A stretch of DNA of 63,065 bases from Octopus bimaculoides (GCF_001194135.2 NC_068984.1:52681136-52744200), one strand, 5' to 3'. Shown: positions 10,553-24,560, counted from the stretch's first letter. Notes: generated by a model not told the origin, from the letters alone. Numbers and translations: made by a program.

Positions 10553-11490
10553 ATATGTCATATCTCAAATAGTTCCTGCCACTGTTGATACACATCTTGC
10601 AACATTTTTTTTTCCAGTTTTGGAGAACCTCCTGCAACGCGTAGTGGCAGTTCTAGTAGCAAATTTACTTCGATTTCTTTCGTCCTCAGAAATCGGCGAC
10701 TTTCATGGCGCATTTTCACTTTGGGACTAAAACAGCTACAGGGGCCAAATACGGAGAGGATGGGTAGGAGATAAGAGTTGTCTCTTGCTTTACCAAAAAG
10801 CTACGGACAAAGAGTGACCCAAGAGCAGGTGCGTTGTTCGTTGTCCTAGTGCAGCATCCAGATTCTGTTTGTCTGACGCTCAGGCCACCTTCCTTGGTAT
10901 TGCCTCTCTCAAACGCCCCAGAGCACCCAATTAAAAGTCTTTATTGATCGTCTGCACACATGGAACAGACTCTCGATGAATGACGCAATTCCAATCACCT
11001 TCACATCTGAATGATTCTCATGTACTTTATTTTGGTCTCAGCGGCAATGATCCAACCCTCGGCGATGATTGCCGTTTTGTTTCGACATCATTGTCCAACA
11101 CACTTCAAAAAGTTTACATCATCGTTCAAACGATCAAACATCTAAGTGGTCGTATTTTGATTCTGTTTTCGTTCATAAACTTTGCTGAAAACAAAGCAAC
11201 TTCAATTTGTCTTTAAAATCAAAAGGCACGAACAACAGACCCCATACTTCAAAAATTTCAGAGATTTTTAGACGACGATTTTTACGTCGCAATGTAAATG
11301 TCGTCTCTTGTGCTAGCTTCCACAGGCCTTTTGCAATATTAAAAGGTTCCCGTAAAAGTTTTCCCAGTTTGAAACAGAATTTAACACAGGCGTGCTTGGC
11401 TGAATGGACAAATGAAAGAAGGGCACTCAGCACATTTATTGGGTATGGGCTTTGAAACTTTAAGCAGCACGGAATTCGAATCAAACTGTT
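10553..11490 (-). pseudogene. Mariner transposase remnant, internally deleted, many stops and frameshifts
   Basis: KHACVKFCFKLGK (mariner N-terminus, in ORF 11173-11589); downstream DVETKRQSS, WMLH*DN..NAPA and ..PSSPYLAP (the LHxDNAPAH and YSPDLAP motifs). No TIRs recognised. Confidence 0.85.
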
Positions 11491-11495
11491 CTGAT

Positions 11496-11537
<42 letters not shown>

Positions 11538-11539
<2 letters not shown>

Positions 11540-11760
11540 GTCAGTGTGGGCGCGCGCGTGTGTTTGTTCCCACCACCACCACTAAACAACCCGTGTTGGT
11601 GTGTTTACGCCCCCGTAACTTAGCCGGTCGGCAAAAGAGACCGATAGAATAAGTACCAGGCTTTAAAAAAAATACTGTGTTCGATTTATTCGACTAAAAA
11701 TTCTCCAAGGTGGTGCCCAGCATAGCCGCAGTCTAATGACTGAAACAAGTATAAAAGAGG
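11538..11760 (+). mobile_element. SINE family A, 3' half
   Basis: Family A tail following (TA)n. Confidence 0.85.
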
Positions 11761-12224
11761 TAAAAAAAAAACACGACGCTCTGTCAATTCTTTCGTTGTT
11801 TAACGTGTAACTGATCACCAAGTGCACTAGATACTCGTTCATTCAAACACGTTTAGTTCAACAACTCACTGACGTGGTGTGATGTGGTTTATTATTAGAA
11901 TGCAGTTGCGAACATTTTGTACCGGGTGATTGAAGAGCTAAGTCTCTGGTTTCTTTTTGGACAGACCTCGTATTACTGGAGGGAATGGGGGAAAAGTGAG
12001 ATAATTTAATGCATATAATGAACAGATAGTTTCATCTAAATGTAGACCTATGAAACTATTTCTGGCCTTGTGCTTATAGTAGAAAGGATTATTTATGCAT
12101 ACACAATTCTACTGATTCGGAAAATATATTGACATTATGAACCAATGAGTATGCCTCTACCAAATTGCTCGACTGCTAGAAATAACAGCTACGTTTTTCT
12201 CAAATCAAACCTTACTGACTAAAA

Positions 12225-12645
12225 CTACGGGAGGCACAAGGCCTAAAATTTTGTTGGCGGTGGGCGGAGCCTGATTTGTGTGCTCCACTGAACCTTATTC
12301 TATCAACCCTGGAAAGGATGGAAGATCAAGTTGATCAGCGGAATTTGTACTCAGAACGTAAAGACGGACAAAATACCGTTAAGCATTTTGCCCGGCGTGC
12401 TAACGATTCTTATTTCTTTACTACCCACAAGGGGCTACACACAGATGGGACAAACAACGACAGACAAACGGATTAAGTCGATTATATCGACCCCAGTGCG
12501 TAACTGGTACTTATTTAATCGACCCCGAAAGGATGAAAAGCAAAGTCGACCTCGGCGGAATTTGAACTCAGAACGTAGCGGCAGACGAAATACCACAAAG
12601 CATTTCGCCCGGCGTGCTAACGATTCTGCCAGCTCGTCGCCTTCG
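12225..12645 (-). mobile_element. SINE family B dimer (Tx1-tailed monomer fused to a second monomer)
   Basis: Minus-strand junction ..GCCCCTTGTGGGTAGTAAAGAAAT|AAGAATCGTTAGCACGCC.. Confidence 0.85.
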
Positions 12646-14241
12646 CGTATGCATAACTAATAACAGACGTTTTGTGATCTAGTGCACAACTCGCATCGGA
12701 ATTGACCGACTCTGCCTGACATTGTTCTGTGCTCCGTAAAATAAGTTTCTAATATATGTATATATGGTAAGAGTTATGGTTTGGTAGAATCGTTGGAGCA
12801 TCGAACAAAATGCCTTGCAGTATTTAGTTATGGCTTTTTACAGTCCTAATTTCAGATCCCACCGGGGTCGACTTTGCCTTTCATCCCTACAGGGTTGCTC
12901 AAATAAGATATCTCCTTCAAATCATAATGTACCGACTAAGAAAAGGACATGTTGAATTATGTGATTCAGGGCTACGATTAGAATGCTTTTAATCATAAGT
13001 ATACTCGACCAGGGCTGACCTAGGGCTAAGCTACAACATCAATAATTTGAATGAAAAGTGATGTACATTACTTAGGGATTCCGTAATTCTCGTAAGATTA
13101 AGGAGACTGGACCTAAAATGTTCCTTTTCAGGGTGCAGACTTGGACAAGGTCTTCCATTTTTTTTAATTTTTATGGAAGACCAGCAAGTTACCCACGAAT
13201 ACAGATCTCTTCTTTTTACATGATCGATGTTGTTCACGATAAAGGCAACTGTCAAACAGCATGTCACTAACGTTGGCACAAATTGTCAGAACATATAACG
13301 CAAGACATCTAATCCAATTCTCTAAGAATTACGCCAATCCATCACTTAAGAAAAATACTCTAGTTATCAACTCGAAAAAAAAAAATTAAAGGTAAAGCTG
13401 GCACCGACTGGATTTGAACTCAGAACCTAAAGATCCAGAGTGTATACTGAACACAGCAAAATACTCTATCTGATGATGCGGAATAACTTCAAATGGATCA
13501 TTGTTTCTGTAAACCACAATACCTTAACAACTCATTTTTTATAGAATCAGCTATTCCGTGACAGCTGGCATGAACTATAAGCAAAACAAAATATTGTGTG
13601 GAATGGGATTTTAAATATGTTACCATAATTATCTCGTTGTACCGAGTCAAGCCAACAGTCATACGATTTATTAGAAATAGCAGTCAAATCTAGAATATTT
13701 TTTTAATAAAGAAAACAGCGACGTCCAGGAATCGAACCTAATTCGCTAACTCCGTTTGGTGGAAAATTAACTCCTAATTCACGGAGCTTGTCATGTATCT
13801 GTATATATGACGCTATTTCAATGTAACCAATAGATCGATGACCGAAGGCATTTCAGTCTGACCTTCCCTTTTATTATTAGCACGGTAATTTCTTGAACTA
13901 CTCTACCTAATGAATCCTTCTGTTTTATAAGATTGTAGGATTATTGTTTGAGGGACATTTAGCTGTTATTTCGACCAGGTCATACCAACACGTTGGCTCT
14001 CAAACTATGGGCCAGTTAACACACACGCACGCACACACACACACACACACACAAATAACTCTCACGCAGACACGTGTGTATGTGCGTGCGTGCGTGCGTG
14101 CGTGCATGAAGCTGGGTGTGTTTAGTATCTGTATATCTGCTTGTGTGTATGTATATAAGTATACGTATGTACGTGTATGTATGCGTGTTTGTGTGTATAC
14201 GTATTTATGAACGCAAGTATATATATATCTGTGTGTGTGTG

Positions 14242-14273
<32 letters not shown>

Positions 14274-14405
14274 TACCTACACATATCCCACACCCTCACA
14301 CACATACACACACGCACACAAAGCCATATCCTCGCATGAGTGTTATATAATAGGATGAATGAATACCTAATTCAAAGAAGCAAAGGGAGAATAACAGACA
14401 ATGAT

Positions 14406-14449
<44 letters not shown>

Positions 14450-14819
14450 TATGTGTGCAAGATAGCGTTGGAATGCGTAGGAGTGCGTATGTGGGTGTGT
14501 GTATGTGTGTGTGCGTGAATATGTAGCAAAGTTGAAAATGCTGTGAAGACAGTGAGTGGTGGTTGTTTCAAAAGAGTAGTGGGGTGTAAAGAGAATAACT
14601 TGCGCAAGTGTTTATATGAGACTGGGCGTAGGTTTGGCTGAGTTGGCTTACAAGTTCGCCTTGCAATCATAGGGTCGCGCCTGGTAGGGAACGTCGCATA
14701 TTTTATTTTTTATCATTTATTTATGTTTTATTTGTTTCAGTCATTAGACTGCGGTTATGCTGGGGTGACCGCCTTCAAGGGTTGTCCAGGGGAACAAATC
14801 GACTCTAGTACATTAGGCA

Positions 14820-15797
14820 CATAGACCTGATTGGCGCGACATTAAAAAAATAGGAAGCAGCGACAGGAACAAAAATTAACGCGGAAAACCAGTGGGCTTG
14901 CGGAAAATCAGTGGGCTTGCAACTCGGTACCTGGAGAGGCAAGTCCATGCCATCCAACAGCGTCGTGGGGTACTGGACAGATAGTCCGGTTAAATTGCTC
15001 GGGATCTGGTTCGGTCCGGACCTCTAGGTGGAGAAAATCTGGGACGAGGTGACGAACAGGATGGCTAATCTCACCCAGAAATGGGCGGAGAAGAAGCTAT
15101 CTCTGAAAGGACGAGCTGAGGTGGCGAATGCGTACATCGCATCTGTCATCAACTACCGCTTGGCCGTTGCCTCTTGCCCCATATGCCGGCTGAACAAGCT
15201 GGTGCGCTTACTCTTCCGCTTTCAGTGGAAGGGACGCGTTCCGCTGGTCAGGCGTTCCATCTGCTGTCAACAGCCGCTGAATGGGGGGATGATGGGTATA
15301 CCGTGGTTGCTGATGCGCAGACATGCGCTCAAGCTGCGACATCTACAGCGTTTCCTTGACGATGAGTAGGTGTGGTCGCCGTTTATTAGACTCGCTCTCC
15401 CACAGCTCGTTTCTTTGAGCTACAATCATGGATTAGGCACAGACCGAGGAGGGGCGCTTGGCTCCTCGAGTGCGGTCAAGCGCTCACAGCCCTTTGCCAG
15501 TCGGGCAATGCGGTCGGTGGTAGTTCCACTCTAGCATTCTATAGAGGGTTAGTGGAGGGAAAGTGGGACGAGGTTCTCTGGGAATCTCTTGGCATCGACG
15601 AGGATCAACTTACTGGTCTGTTCCCGAGGACTTTTGGGTCGAGGCCTTTAGATAACTTCCAGAAATCCCTGGCCTGGCAGTGCTACCGTCGGGTGCTGCC
15701 CATTCGGGATAAACTTTACAAGCACGGAAGTGCCGTCAGCCGAGCCTGCCCGAGGTGCGCTCAGAGCAACGAAACCGTTCTGCATGCACTCGTCCAG
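14820..15797 (+). pseudogene. L1/Tx1-clade LINE ORF2 fragment (end of RT to C-terminal CCHC), 3' end lost in gap
   Basis: GTKINAEK, KLLGIWFG, LSLKGRAEVANAYIASVINYRL, PLNGG.MGIP, LDNFQKSLAWQCYR, CPRCAQSNETVLHALVQ. Contains stops and a 19-bp tandem duplication at 14881-14918. Confidence 0.9.
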
Positions 15798-16431
15798 NNN
15801 NNNNNNNNNNNNNNNNNNNNNNNNNNNNNNNNNNNNNNNNNNNNNNNNNNNNNNNNNNNNNNNNNNNNNNNNNNNNNNNNNNNNNNNNNNNNNNNNNNNN
15901 NNNNNNNNNNNNNNNNNNNNNNNNNNNNNNNNNNNNNNNNNNNNNNNNNNNNNNNNNNNNNNNNNNNNNNNNNNNNNNNNNNNNNNNNNNNNNNNNNNNN
16001 NNNNNNNNNNNNNNNNNNNNNNNNNNNNNNNNNNNNNNNNNNNNNNNNNNNNNNNNNNNNNNNNNNNNNNNNNNNNNNNNNNNNNNNNNNNNNNNNNNNN
16101 NNNNNNNNNNNNNNNNNNNNNNNNNNNNNNNNNNNNNNNNNNNNNNNNNNNNNNNNNNNNNNNNNNNNNNNNNNNNNNNNNNNNNNNNNNNNNNNNNNNN
16201 NNNNNNNNNNNNNNNNNNNNNNNNNNNNNNNNNNNNNNNNNNNNNNNNNNNNNNNNNNNNNNNNNNNNNNNNNNNNNNNNNNNNNNNNNNNNNNNNNNNN
16301 NNNNNNNNNNNNNNNNNNNNNNNNNNNNNNNNNNNNNNNNNNNNNNNNNNNNNNNNNNNNNNNNNNNNNNNNNNNNNNNNNNNNNNNNNNNNNNNNNNNN
16401 NNNNNNNNNNNNNNNNNNNNNNNNNNNNNNN

Positions 16432-16477
<46 letters not shown>

Positions 16478-16484
16478 GCATATA

Positions 16485-16680
16485 TGGGTACAGGATGTCA
16501 CAAAACGTAAACAACATGAAATACGAAGGCAAACTTGGGTATCCGAACAACGAGAGAAACAAATGGAAAACAAGACAAGTAACATAAAGAACGACCCTCC
16601 ATCAGTTGTCGGCTGTTCATCTACTATACATTTCGAGCAATTAACGATAATATGAGGCTTCGAAAAACAGTTGCTCTCAC
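16485..16680. repeat. Microsatellite-adjacent repeat, related to 18175-18330, with hammerhead-core-like words (Penelope-associated?)
   Basis: Both copies begin GGGTACAGGA(T/C)GT and contain CC(C)T(C/T)CATCAG(T/C)TGTC followed by TTTCGA. Confidence 0.45.
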
Positions 16681-17244
16681 GAACCAAAATAAAATTTGGG
16701 ATTGGCGGAGGGTCAAAGTTGGTAAAACAGGACAGAGGAGACATACAACAAACCAAACGAAAACAAACGTGGATGGCTGTTAGGCCAGATGAAGTAAGGA
16801 AGCGAACGCTGGAGCAATATTCTTTGACAAGAGAAAAGATATGAGAGGAGACAGATAAGAATGCGTCTGGTCTGTGCGACAGACTGAAGGAAAAGAAAGA
16901 TAATCATGTGAGGAAAAGAAAGATGGACGATGGTTACGTGTGAGCAGCGAGAGAGAGGAAAGGAGAAAGAGGGAGAGAGAGAAAATGGTGAAGGGGAGAA
17001 AAAAGAATTAGAGAAAGGATGAGAGAGAAAAAACGAAAGGGGGAGAAGGGGAGAGAAAAAATAATTAGAGAACGGAGAGAGAAAACGAAAGAGGGAGAAA
17101 GAGAACAGTACAGGGTAGAGTCGCATCAAAATTATTAAGATAAACTTACTTGGAAATGGATGCGTGGCGTTCAATCAGAAAATGTAAATAATATATATGC
17201 ATACATGTTGGACCACTGAACTCAACATGTTTCTTTCATTCTCT

Positions 17245-17384
17245 ACTCATTTCCTTTCTGTCGAAGAGCGTAGGCTCGAAACGTAAAAGATTTTTCCATA
17301 TTTTCCCGAGCGTCAAACTAATACACTTGCTTCTTTTTCCTACACCTTTCTTTGTCGTTGTTTTCCTATAAATTTGAACTATAT

Positions 17385-17385
<1 letters not shown>
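17245..17385 (+). repeat. Short repeat carrying a minimal type-I hammerhead-like motif
   Basis: CTTT-CTGTCGA-A-GAGC-GTAG-GCTC-GAAAC-GTA-AAAG at 17254-17289. Confidence 0.5.
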
Positions 17386-17540
<155 letters not shown>

Positions 17541-17544
17541 ATTC

Positions 17545-17920
17545 TTCTCTTCTTTTACTTGTTTCGGTCATTTGACTGTCGCCATGTTGGAGTACCGCCT
17601 TAAAGGGTGTAAATCGAAGAAATCGACCCCAGGACTTATACTTTGTAAGCCTTGTACTTATTCTATCCAACCCTTTTGCCGAACCGCTAACTTACGGGAA
17701 CGTAAACACACCAACATTGGTTTCAAGTGATGGTGGAGGGACAAACACACACACACACACATACATACATACACATAAACACACACACACATACACACAT
17801 ATAAACACACACACATACACATGACGGGCTTCTTTCAGTTTCCGTCTACCAAATCTACTCACAAGGCTTTGGTCGCCCGAGGCTATAATAGAAGACACTC
17901 GCCCAAGGTGCTACGCAGTG
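17545..17920 (-). mobile_element. SINE family A (head lost in gap)
   Basis: Reverse complement of tail, (CA)n spacer and body. Confidence 0.85.
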
Positions 17921-19767
17921 ATATATANNNNNNNNNNNNNNNNNNNNNNNNNNNNNNNNNNNNNNNNNNNNNNNNNNNNNNNNNNNNNNNNNNNNNNNNN
18001 NNNNNNNNNNNNNNNNNNNNNNNNNATATATATATATACGATACGTACGTACCCGAGTTTCAGGGTTATTTCCCTTCTTCATATATATATATATATATAT
18101 AATACAAAGAATAAATATACATGTATACACACATATATGTACATACTTACATCTACATGTGTATATACATGCATATCAGGGTACAGGACGTTAGAACAAT
18201 AAACTACAGACAACGGAACGAACACATAGGAAAACGGAAAGCCACTTGGAATATCCCTTCATCAGCTGTCTCTATTCTATCTAGACGTTTCGACCATACA
18301 GCTACGCTTGCTCTGGACACATATCATTTAGCGTAGGCTCTGGTTGATCTAAGTATTGGGAGTGGAATTGGATAAGACGGAAAGCCTGTTGAATTGAGCG
18401 TACCTGTTATTCTAAAATTCAATTTGGCCTAAAAAATACGCTTAGAGTACACGTGTCTGTGAAACTCGACTTCTTAACACGTCTAATTTAACGAGTAGGT
18501 AAGTAGTTCAGTTGATCGAATAACCGATTGCGCATCGTCGAAACCGATGGGGGTCCTATCATGTGTGCTAATGTGTTTATGTCCACGTGCAACGGGGAGG
18601 GAGGGAGAGAGAGAAAGAGAAAAAAGAAAGAGAATATAAAAGTAGAATAAATGTACCAAAGTGGGTGATGAAGGGAAGGGATATGGATGACTGTGGAGAT
18701 ATGAACTGATTGTAAGTAGAGTAGAGAAAGAGAAGGCATGAGTTTAGAGAAATAAGTAGATATAGTGGGTAAAAAAAAATAACTAAAACATACGAGTGAA
18801 GGAGGAAAGAGAAATGAATATGAGAGAATGACAAAGAGAAACGAAAAGAGCGAGAGAGAAAGAGGCGGAGGAGAGGGAGCGAAAGATAAAGAGGGAGAGA
18901 GGGAGATGAGGAGGTTGGTGAATCAGTATTAAAGAGCAAAGAAATCCTGCTTGCAAATCGAAGCTTGCGTAGAACAAAACGAACCAACGAATCAATTAGA
19001 ACGCATCCGTTTAACATAACTGACGAAGTTGGCCCCTTCCTATCAAAATAAAATTAAAAAATGGTGGCTGCTTAAGCAATAAAAAAAAATGAGTCCTGAT
19101 GTAAGTGTAAAGCTATAGTAATGTTAGAGAGGAATTTGGAAATAAGTACCGAGGAAAAGGTGTAACAAAATACTCTGGTAACAGGTAACAACACCTACTA
19201 CTGAACTGTTATTTAGAATAGCCTGCTACTATATTAAGGCAAAAGAATTACTGTACACAGATCAGATGTTTGCATAAGTTTCAACTGGCTGCCGAAGTCA
19301 TCGGCAAAAGTAGTCTAACTGTATTGTCAGGTCTGCTTATTGATTCCCGTGTCTTTTCTACTGGCTTACGCCAAAGGTTTAGCTTCTGCTTAGCTGGAAA
19401 ATGGAAGCTTGTGTACACATAAGAGTGTATGTATGTATGTATGTATGTACATGTATGTGTGTATGTATGTATACGTATGAATGTCTTGGCTGACTAACTA
19501 TCTGGGAGATGGAAGACTCTTAGAAGAATACAGAAAGAGAGAGTGAGAGAGAAAGAGGAGGAGAGAGATTTTTATAAGACTAGTTTACCGAGTAAAGTTT
19601 TCTTAGCTTCCTTTCACTTGGTTGCTCGTCATTATATGCACATAAAACGAAAGATCGCCGCGCGCGCGCGTGTCTGTGTGTGTGTGTGTGTATGTGTCTG
19701 TGTGTGTCTGTATGTGTGTGTGTGTACATATGTACATACGAACATATGTACACATTGTGTATGTGTA

Positions 19768-19915
19768 CCAGCGTAGCTAGAATGTGTACCGCTCGGGGCG
19801 GCCCTTCTGTTTTGCCGCTCCCGGACCCACAAAAAACACTTTGCCTTCAGCAGACCCAAAAGTGCTACCTCTTTAAAAATGCCACCCCTACTGCCCCAGC
19901 CCCCAGCTACGCTAG
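19768..19915. mobile_element. Small hAT-like MITE with AGCGTAGCT termini
   Basis: CCAGCGTAGCTAG ... CAGCTACGCTAG; the same terminus occurs at ~982. Confidence 0.5.
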
Positions 19916-19961
19916 TGTGTATGTACCTGTGTACGTTCGTATTTATATGTATTTGTATATA

Positions 19962-20035
19962 TCAATGCTCCGCAACCGGTATGCCGCGGCACACCAGTGT
20001 GCCACGAGACGATGCTAGGTGTGCCGCAGTGAAAC
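19962..20035 (+). mobile_element. hAT (Buster/Charlie-like) terminus fragment
   Basis: CAATGCTCCGCAACC followed by GCCGCGGCACACCAGTGTGCC..GTGTGCCGC subterminal motifs. Confidence 0.5.
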
Positions 20036-20170
20036 CTGAATATAATTTGTTCTCTATACTTTTAAATATATTTTTAGTTCAGGTGTGGCACCAAATTTTG
20101 AAAAGAAGATAAGTGTACTGCAAGTGAAGAAATCTCTGGTATGTATGTATGTATGTATGTATGTATGTAT

Positions 20171-20556
20171 GTGTGGAGGCGCAATGGCCCAGTGGTTAGG
20201 GCAGCGGACTCGCGGTCATAGGATCGCGGTTTCGATTCCCAGACCGGGCGTTGTGAGTGTTTATTGAGCGAAAACACCTAAAAGCTCCACGAGGCTCCTG
20301 CAAGAGATGGTGGTGAACCCTGCTGTACTCTTTCACCATAACTTTCTCTCACTCTTACTTCCTGTTTCTGTTGTGCCTATAATTCAAAAGGTCAGCCTTG
20401 TCACACTGTGCCACGCTGAATATCTCCGAGAACTACGTCAAGGGTACACGTGTCTGAGGAGTGCTCAGCCACTTAATTTCACGAGCAGGCTGTTCTGTTG
20501 ATCGGATCAACTGGAACCCTCGACGTCGTAAGCGACGGAGTGCCAACAACAACAAC
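20171..20556 (+). mobile_element. Young tRNA-derived SINE (OR-like, Arg-type head) inserted in (ATGT)n
   Basis: Head GTGTGGAGGCGCAATGGCCCAGTGGTTAGG..GACTCGCGG..GGTTTCGATTCC; (AAC)n tail; near-identical by eye to 39830-40215. Confidence 0.9.
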
Positions 20557-22383
20557 ATGTATGTATGTATGTATGTATGTATGCAAGCATGTAGGTAGGT
20601 GTATCTGTATAGTCAGAGCGTCGGGTAAATTGCCTTGTGGTATTTGTTGCGATGCTTTTCGTTTTGCGTTCAATTCGCAACGAAGTCAAATCCAAGGACC
20701 ACTATTTAAAGCACCAGTGTGTGAAGGGTGTGGGACAGAAAAAGAGATTTAATCGACTACGAATCAGTAGCAGGGGTACATAAGCTCGAGAACAGGGGCT
20801 GCGCTTGCACTCCTAAATTAAAATTTTTCTTGTCGAAATTTTTTCTATGAAAATGCTTTAAACATCCTCCTAAAAAATTGGGTTTGCACCCACTAAGAGG
20901 ATTTCGTTCCCGTACTTATACCAGAGTGCGTAAAACTCTTTGACAGTGTCTTCATTTTAGTTATGGAATCTCCTGCAAGGACACTGGTACCGAGGTGTAA
21001 TGAACCTTGCCTTTCCCTTTGGACATTATGTGCATCGTGGAAAAGGGGGGTTTGCAGCATGGGTTATCTTTATACAGCCTTCTCCAGGTCTGTAGCCTTG
21101 AGATTCGTTTGCCATCTCACCGTGGTGCTACCTAATCAGACTAAAAGCAAGACTTTCCAGATGCAAATCTGCGGCTTCACGAGATATAATAGATACGAAA
21201 GAAGAGAAACAATTGCATATGTATCTGTATGTTAATATATATATATATATATATTAAGGTACAAGCGACGATATAAACCCGGAGGGATTAAAATATCCAA
21301 GATTAGACTGGTTGAATGCCTAACAAAGCAGGCACGTACATGTATAGTATTATTAATATTATACAAAACAAGAGAGAAGATGGAGATAAAATTGAAGAAA
21401 TTTATTAACATTGACAAGACCAGACCTACAATTGTTTCAATTCATCATTTGCAGCATAAAAATTAACCAAATTTAATTGAATTTCACTAAATTAATTTGG
21501 TTAATTACTACAAGTGAGATTATCTTCAGGGAAGGATGCGCTCTCCTTCTACCCGAATCTATAGAAGCTCATTTCAACACAATTACTTCTACTTCCTATT
21601 TTGCCTTAATCTTCATATATTCTCCCTTTATCTTCCTGTTAATTAATAATTTTATTGCTTTAATCAATCTAGTATATTAACCTTGCTTAGCCTCATATAT
21701 GTATATGTGTGCGTATGTATATATGTATANNNNNNNNNNNNNNNNNNNNNNNNNNNNNNNNNNNNNNNNNNNNNNNNNNNNNNNNNNNNNNNNNNNNNNN
21801 NNNNNNNNNNNNNNNNNNNNNNNNNNNNNNNNNNNNNNNNNNNNNNNNNNNNNNNNNNNNNNNNNNNNNNNNNNNNNNNNNNNNNNNNNNNNNNNNNNNN
21901 NNNNNNNNNNNNNNNNNNNNNNNNNNNNNNNNNNNNNNNNNNNNNNNNNNNNNNNNNNNNNNNNNNNNNNNNNNNNNNNNNNNNNNNNNNNNNNNNNNNN
22001 NNNNNNNNNNNNNNNNNNNNNNNNNNNNNNNNNNNNNNNNNNNNNNNNNNNNNNNNNNNNNNNNNNNNNNNNNNNNNNNNNNNNNNNNNNNNNNNNNNNN
22101 NNNNNNNNNNNNNNNNNNNNNNNNNNNNNNNNNNNNNNNNNNNNNNNNNNNNNNNNNNNNNNNNNNNNNNNNNNNNNNNNNNNNNNNNNNNNNNNNNNNN
22201 NNNNNNNNNNNNNNNNNNNNNNNNNNNNNNNNNNNNNNNNNNNNNNNNNNNNNNNNNNNNNNNNNNNNNNNNNNNNNNNNNNNNNNNNNNNNNNNNNNNN
22301 NNNNNNNNNNNNNNNNNNNNNNNNNNNNNNNNNNNNNNNNNNNNNNNNNNNNNNNNNNNNNNNNNNNNNNNNNNNNNNNNNNN

Positions 22384-22421
<38 letters not shown>

Positions 22422-22729
22422 GTATGTATGTATGTATGTATGTATACTCACACAGACACGCAGGCATACACACACTAACACACACATATATGTATCTGTA
22501 TGCGGAGGGTGAAACTTATGTTAGCTATGTATTTGTGTCTGTTAATGTTGTGTATTTATGTACATATGTATGATGCAAGTGTATTCATATTTTGATTGTA
22601 TACATGCATGTAATCTCGAGAAAAGATAGAGTTAACTAGCTGGCTAGCTAGACAGACAGATGACGAACGGGCGGACTGACGGAGGGACGGACAGGCAGAC
22701 AGACAGACAGACAGACAAATAGATAGATG

Positions 22730-22796
<67 letters not shown>

Positions 22797-22873
22797 CGGT
22801 ATGTAGGTAACTAAACAGATGGATGGATATGCAATATTTCATTTCTTTCATACCACATCCAAATACTCCCCAT

Positions 22874-22911
<38 letters not shown>

Positions 22912-23239
22912 AACATCACGAAGTGACGGTTTCTAAGACCTAAATTTTACGTCTCTGTAACTTCTTGGAAGTCTTACAGAAGCATCAACTGACAGGGAAG
23001 TTCATGAAGACAGCTTGTATTTGCACAACAAATAATAACTCCGAATTTAATATTTCAACAAATATTTGAACAGCTGCTTGTTTTCTTTGCATGTTATCAA
23101 ACTCCATAAATCGGGTGTGTTTAGAACGCCATCACTATCTAACTTCCCTCTTGCACTTCACCCCCGCTAAAATTCTCAGTCTAGTCTTTATTCTTTGAGA
23201 ATCTGAAGGCGTCAGACACCGCTCAGATACATTCTTTTT

Positions 23240-24560
23240 TCTTTTCTCTTCGTCTTTTTTTATTTTTATTTTATAGATTCGCTACTTCAGCTGTAGGTGT
23301 CTAAAAAAGACTAAGAGCATGAATGAGGACGGCTTGGAGAAAGAGACACTTTCTAGCGACCTCAGATTTCTTCATATACATAGGATATTCACATCGAAAC
23401 CACTTCGTCTGGATCTGACCTTTGTTCTCCGCCTAATGAATTACCAAAAGTCTTTTACTTTATTAACGACCTGCAGCTCCGAAGTAAGTTAAGGATAAGC
23501 ACAAGGCTACTGTGTTGTAAAGAGCTCACTTTCCGTTGCCAATTGAGCAAAGCATTTTAATCTATTTTAGGGATGACAGGAGTGTTTAGAGGAGCATTTA
23601 TGTTGAAGTGAGAACCGATTTTAGCAAAAGAGAGTAGTTTAGTTTTCCCAGACGGATTAGAGGCTACTAATTCTTCGGCTTTAAATATCCTTGAGCTAAG
23701 CAGCAGCTGGGCATCCAGCTTCTATAGAACTGTAATTTCATTATAATTGATGGGTAAGACGAAATAAGGGGTAAGGGTTGAATCTGGATAGCGATGAAGA
23801 AATGGGGTAACAAAGCCACCACGCATTATGTAGAGGACTACTTGTCCGAAAGAAAAATGGAGACGTAGTGGAAAGTTCCATTGACTTAGATGGTAATAAC
23901 GAAGTTCGCCCTTGTCCTGCGTAGCAATATTGGACCTGCAAAAACTAGGTTTGAACATTGATATCTTTAAAAAAAGAAAGGGGGACCGTTATCGCATGGT
24001 CAGAGCTGTAATTGACTGAGGTTTAGTTGACGGTGGATTGAAAGGCAGCCCAAAACTGAGTACAAAAAAAGACAACCAGTTTGTCAAATCTAACTGAGAA
24101 TTAGAGAGAGTCGAATACCTATCTGTCGAGTAAATGTGTCAAACCCCTTCGTAAATTTAGTCCTATACTTGATTCCAGTACTTTGTTCTGAGAAATATTT
24201 AACCAAGCTGAAGTGCTTAGTATTCCTCTTTCTATAAAAGTGTTAGGTCCCATGATCAGGAGCTGCCTACAGCCAGTGTTGCATTTGCATGTTTTGGCTG
24301 CTTTGTATCCGCATGTTCTGAAAGAAGGGATGTGCTGACGCTAAAATATCTTGGAAATTGAGCAGAAGCTGTCGTCCTTAATGATATTTTCAACAGCTGC
24401 TTCCTTTCAACCGGAATCAGCCGTGAATCAAGTGTAAGGTGAGGAGGATAGGAACAAGACTAGAATGTTAAGAGCATCACTTTCCATTGTTTGTTGAGCA
24501 AGGCTGTCAATGCTGTCCTCTAGAGAACGTGACAGTAGAAATGGTGCATAAGAAAGGATA
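23240..24560 (-). pseudogene. Very degenerate CR1-group LINE ORF2 (APE C-terminus to RT start)
   Basis: Minus-strand remnants FTR.DR..SNSQLDL, SSDHAITV (~23984-24007, the APE SDH motif), KTKLLSFAK...PVIPK and GEQRSDP (GERSDP). Confidence 0.6.

Noticed and set aside
20171-20250. Functional tRNA-Arg gene
   Set aside because: It continues into a 300-bp SINE body and (AAC)n tail, and is duplicated with a TSD at 39830-40215.
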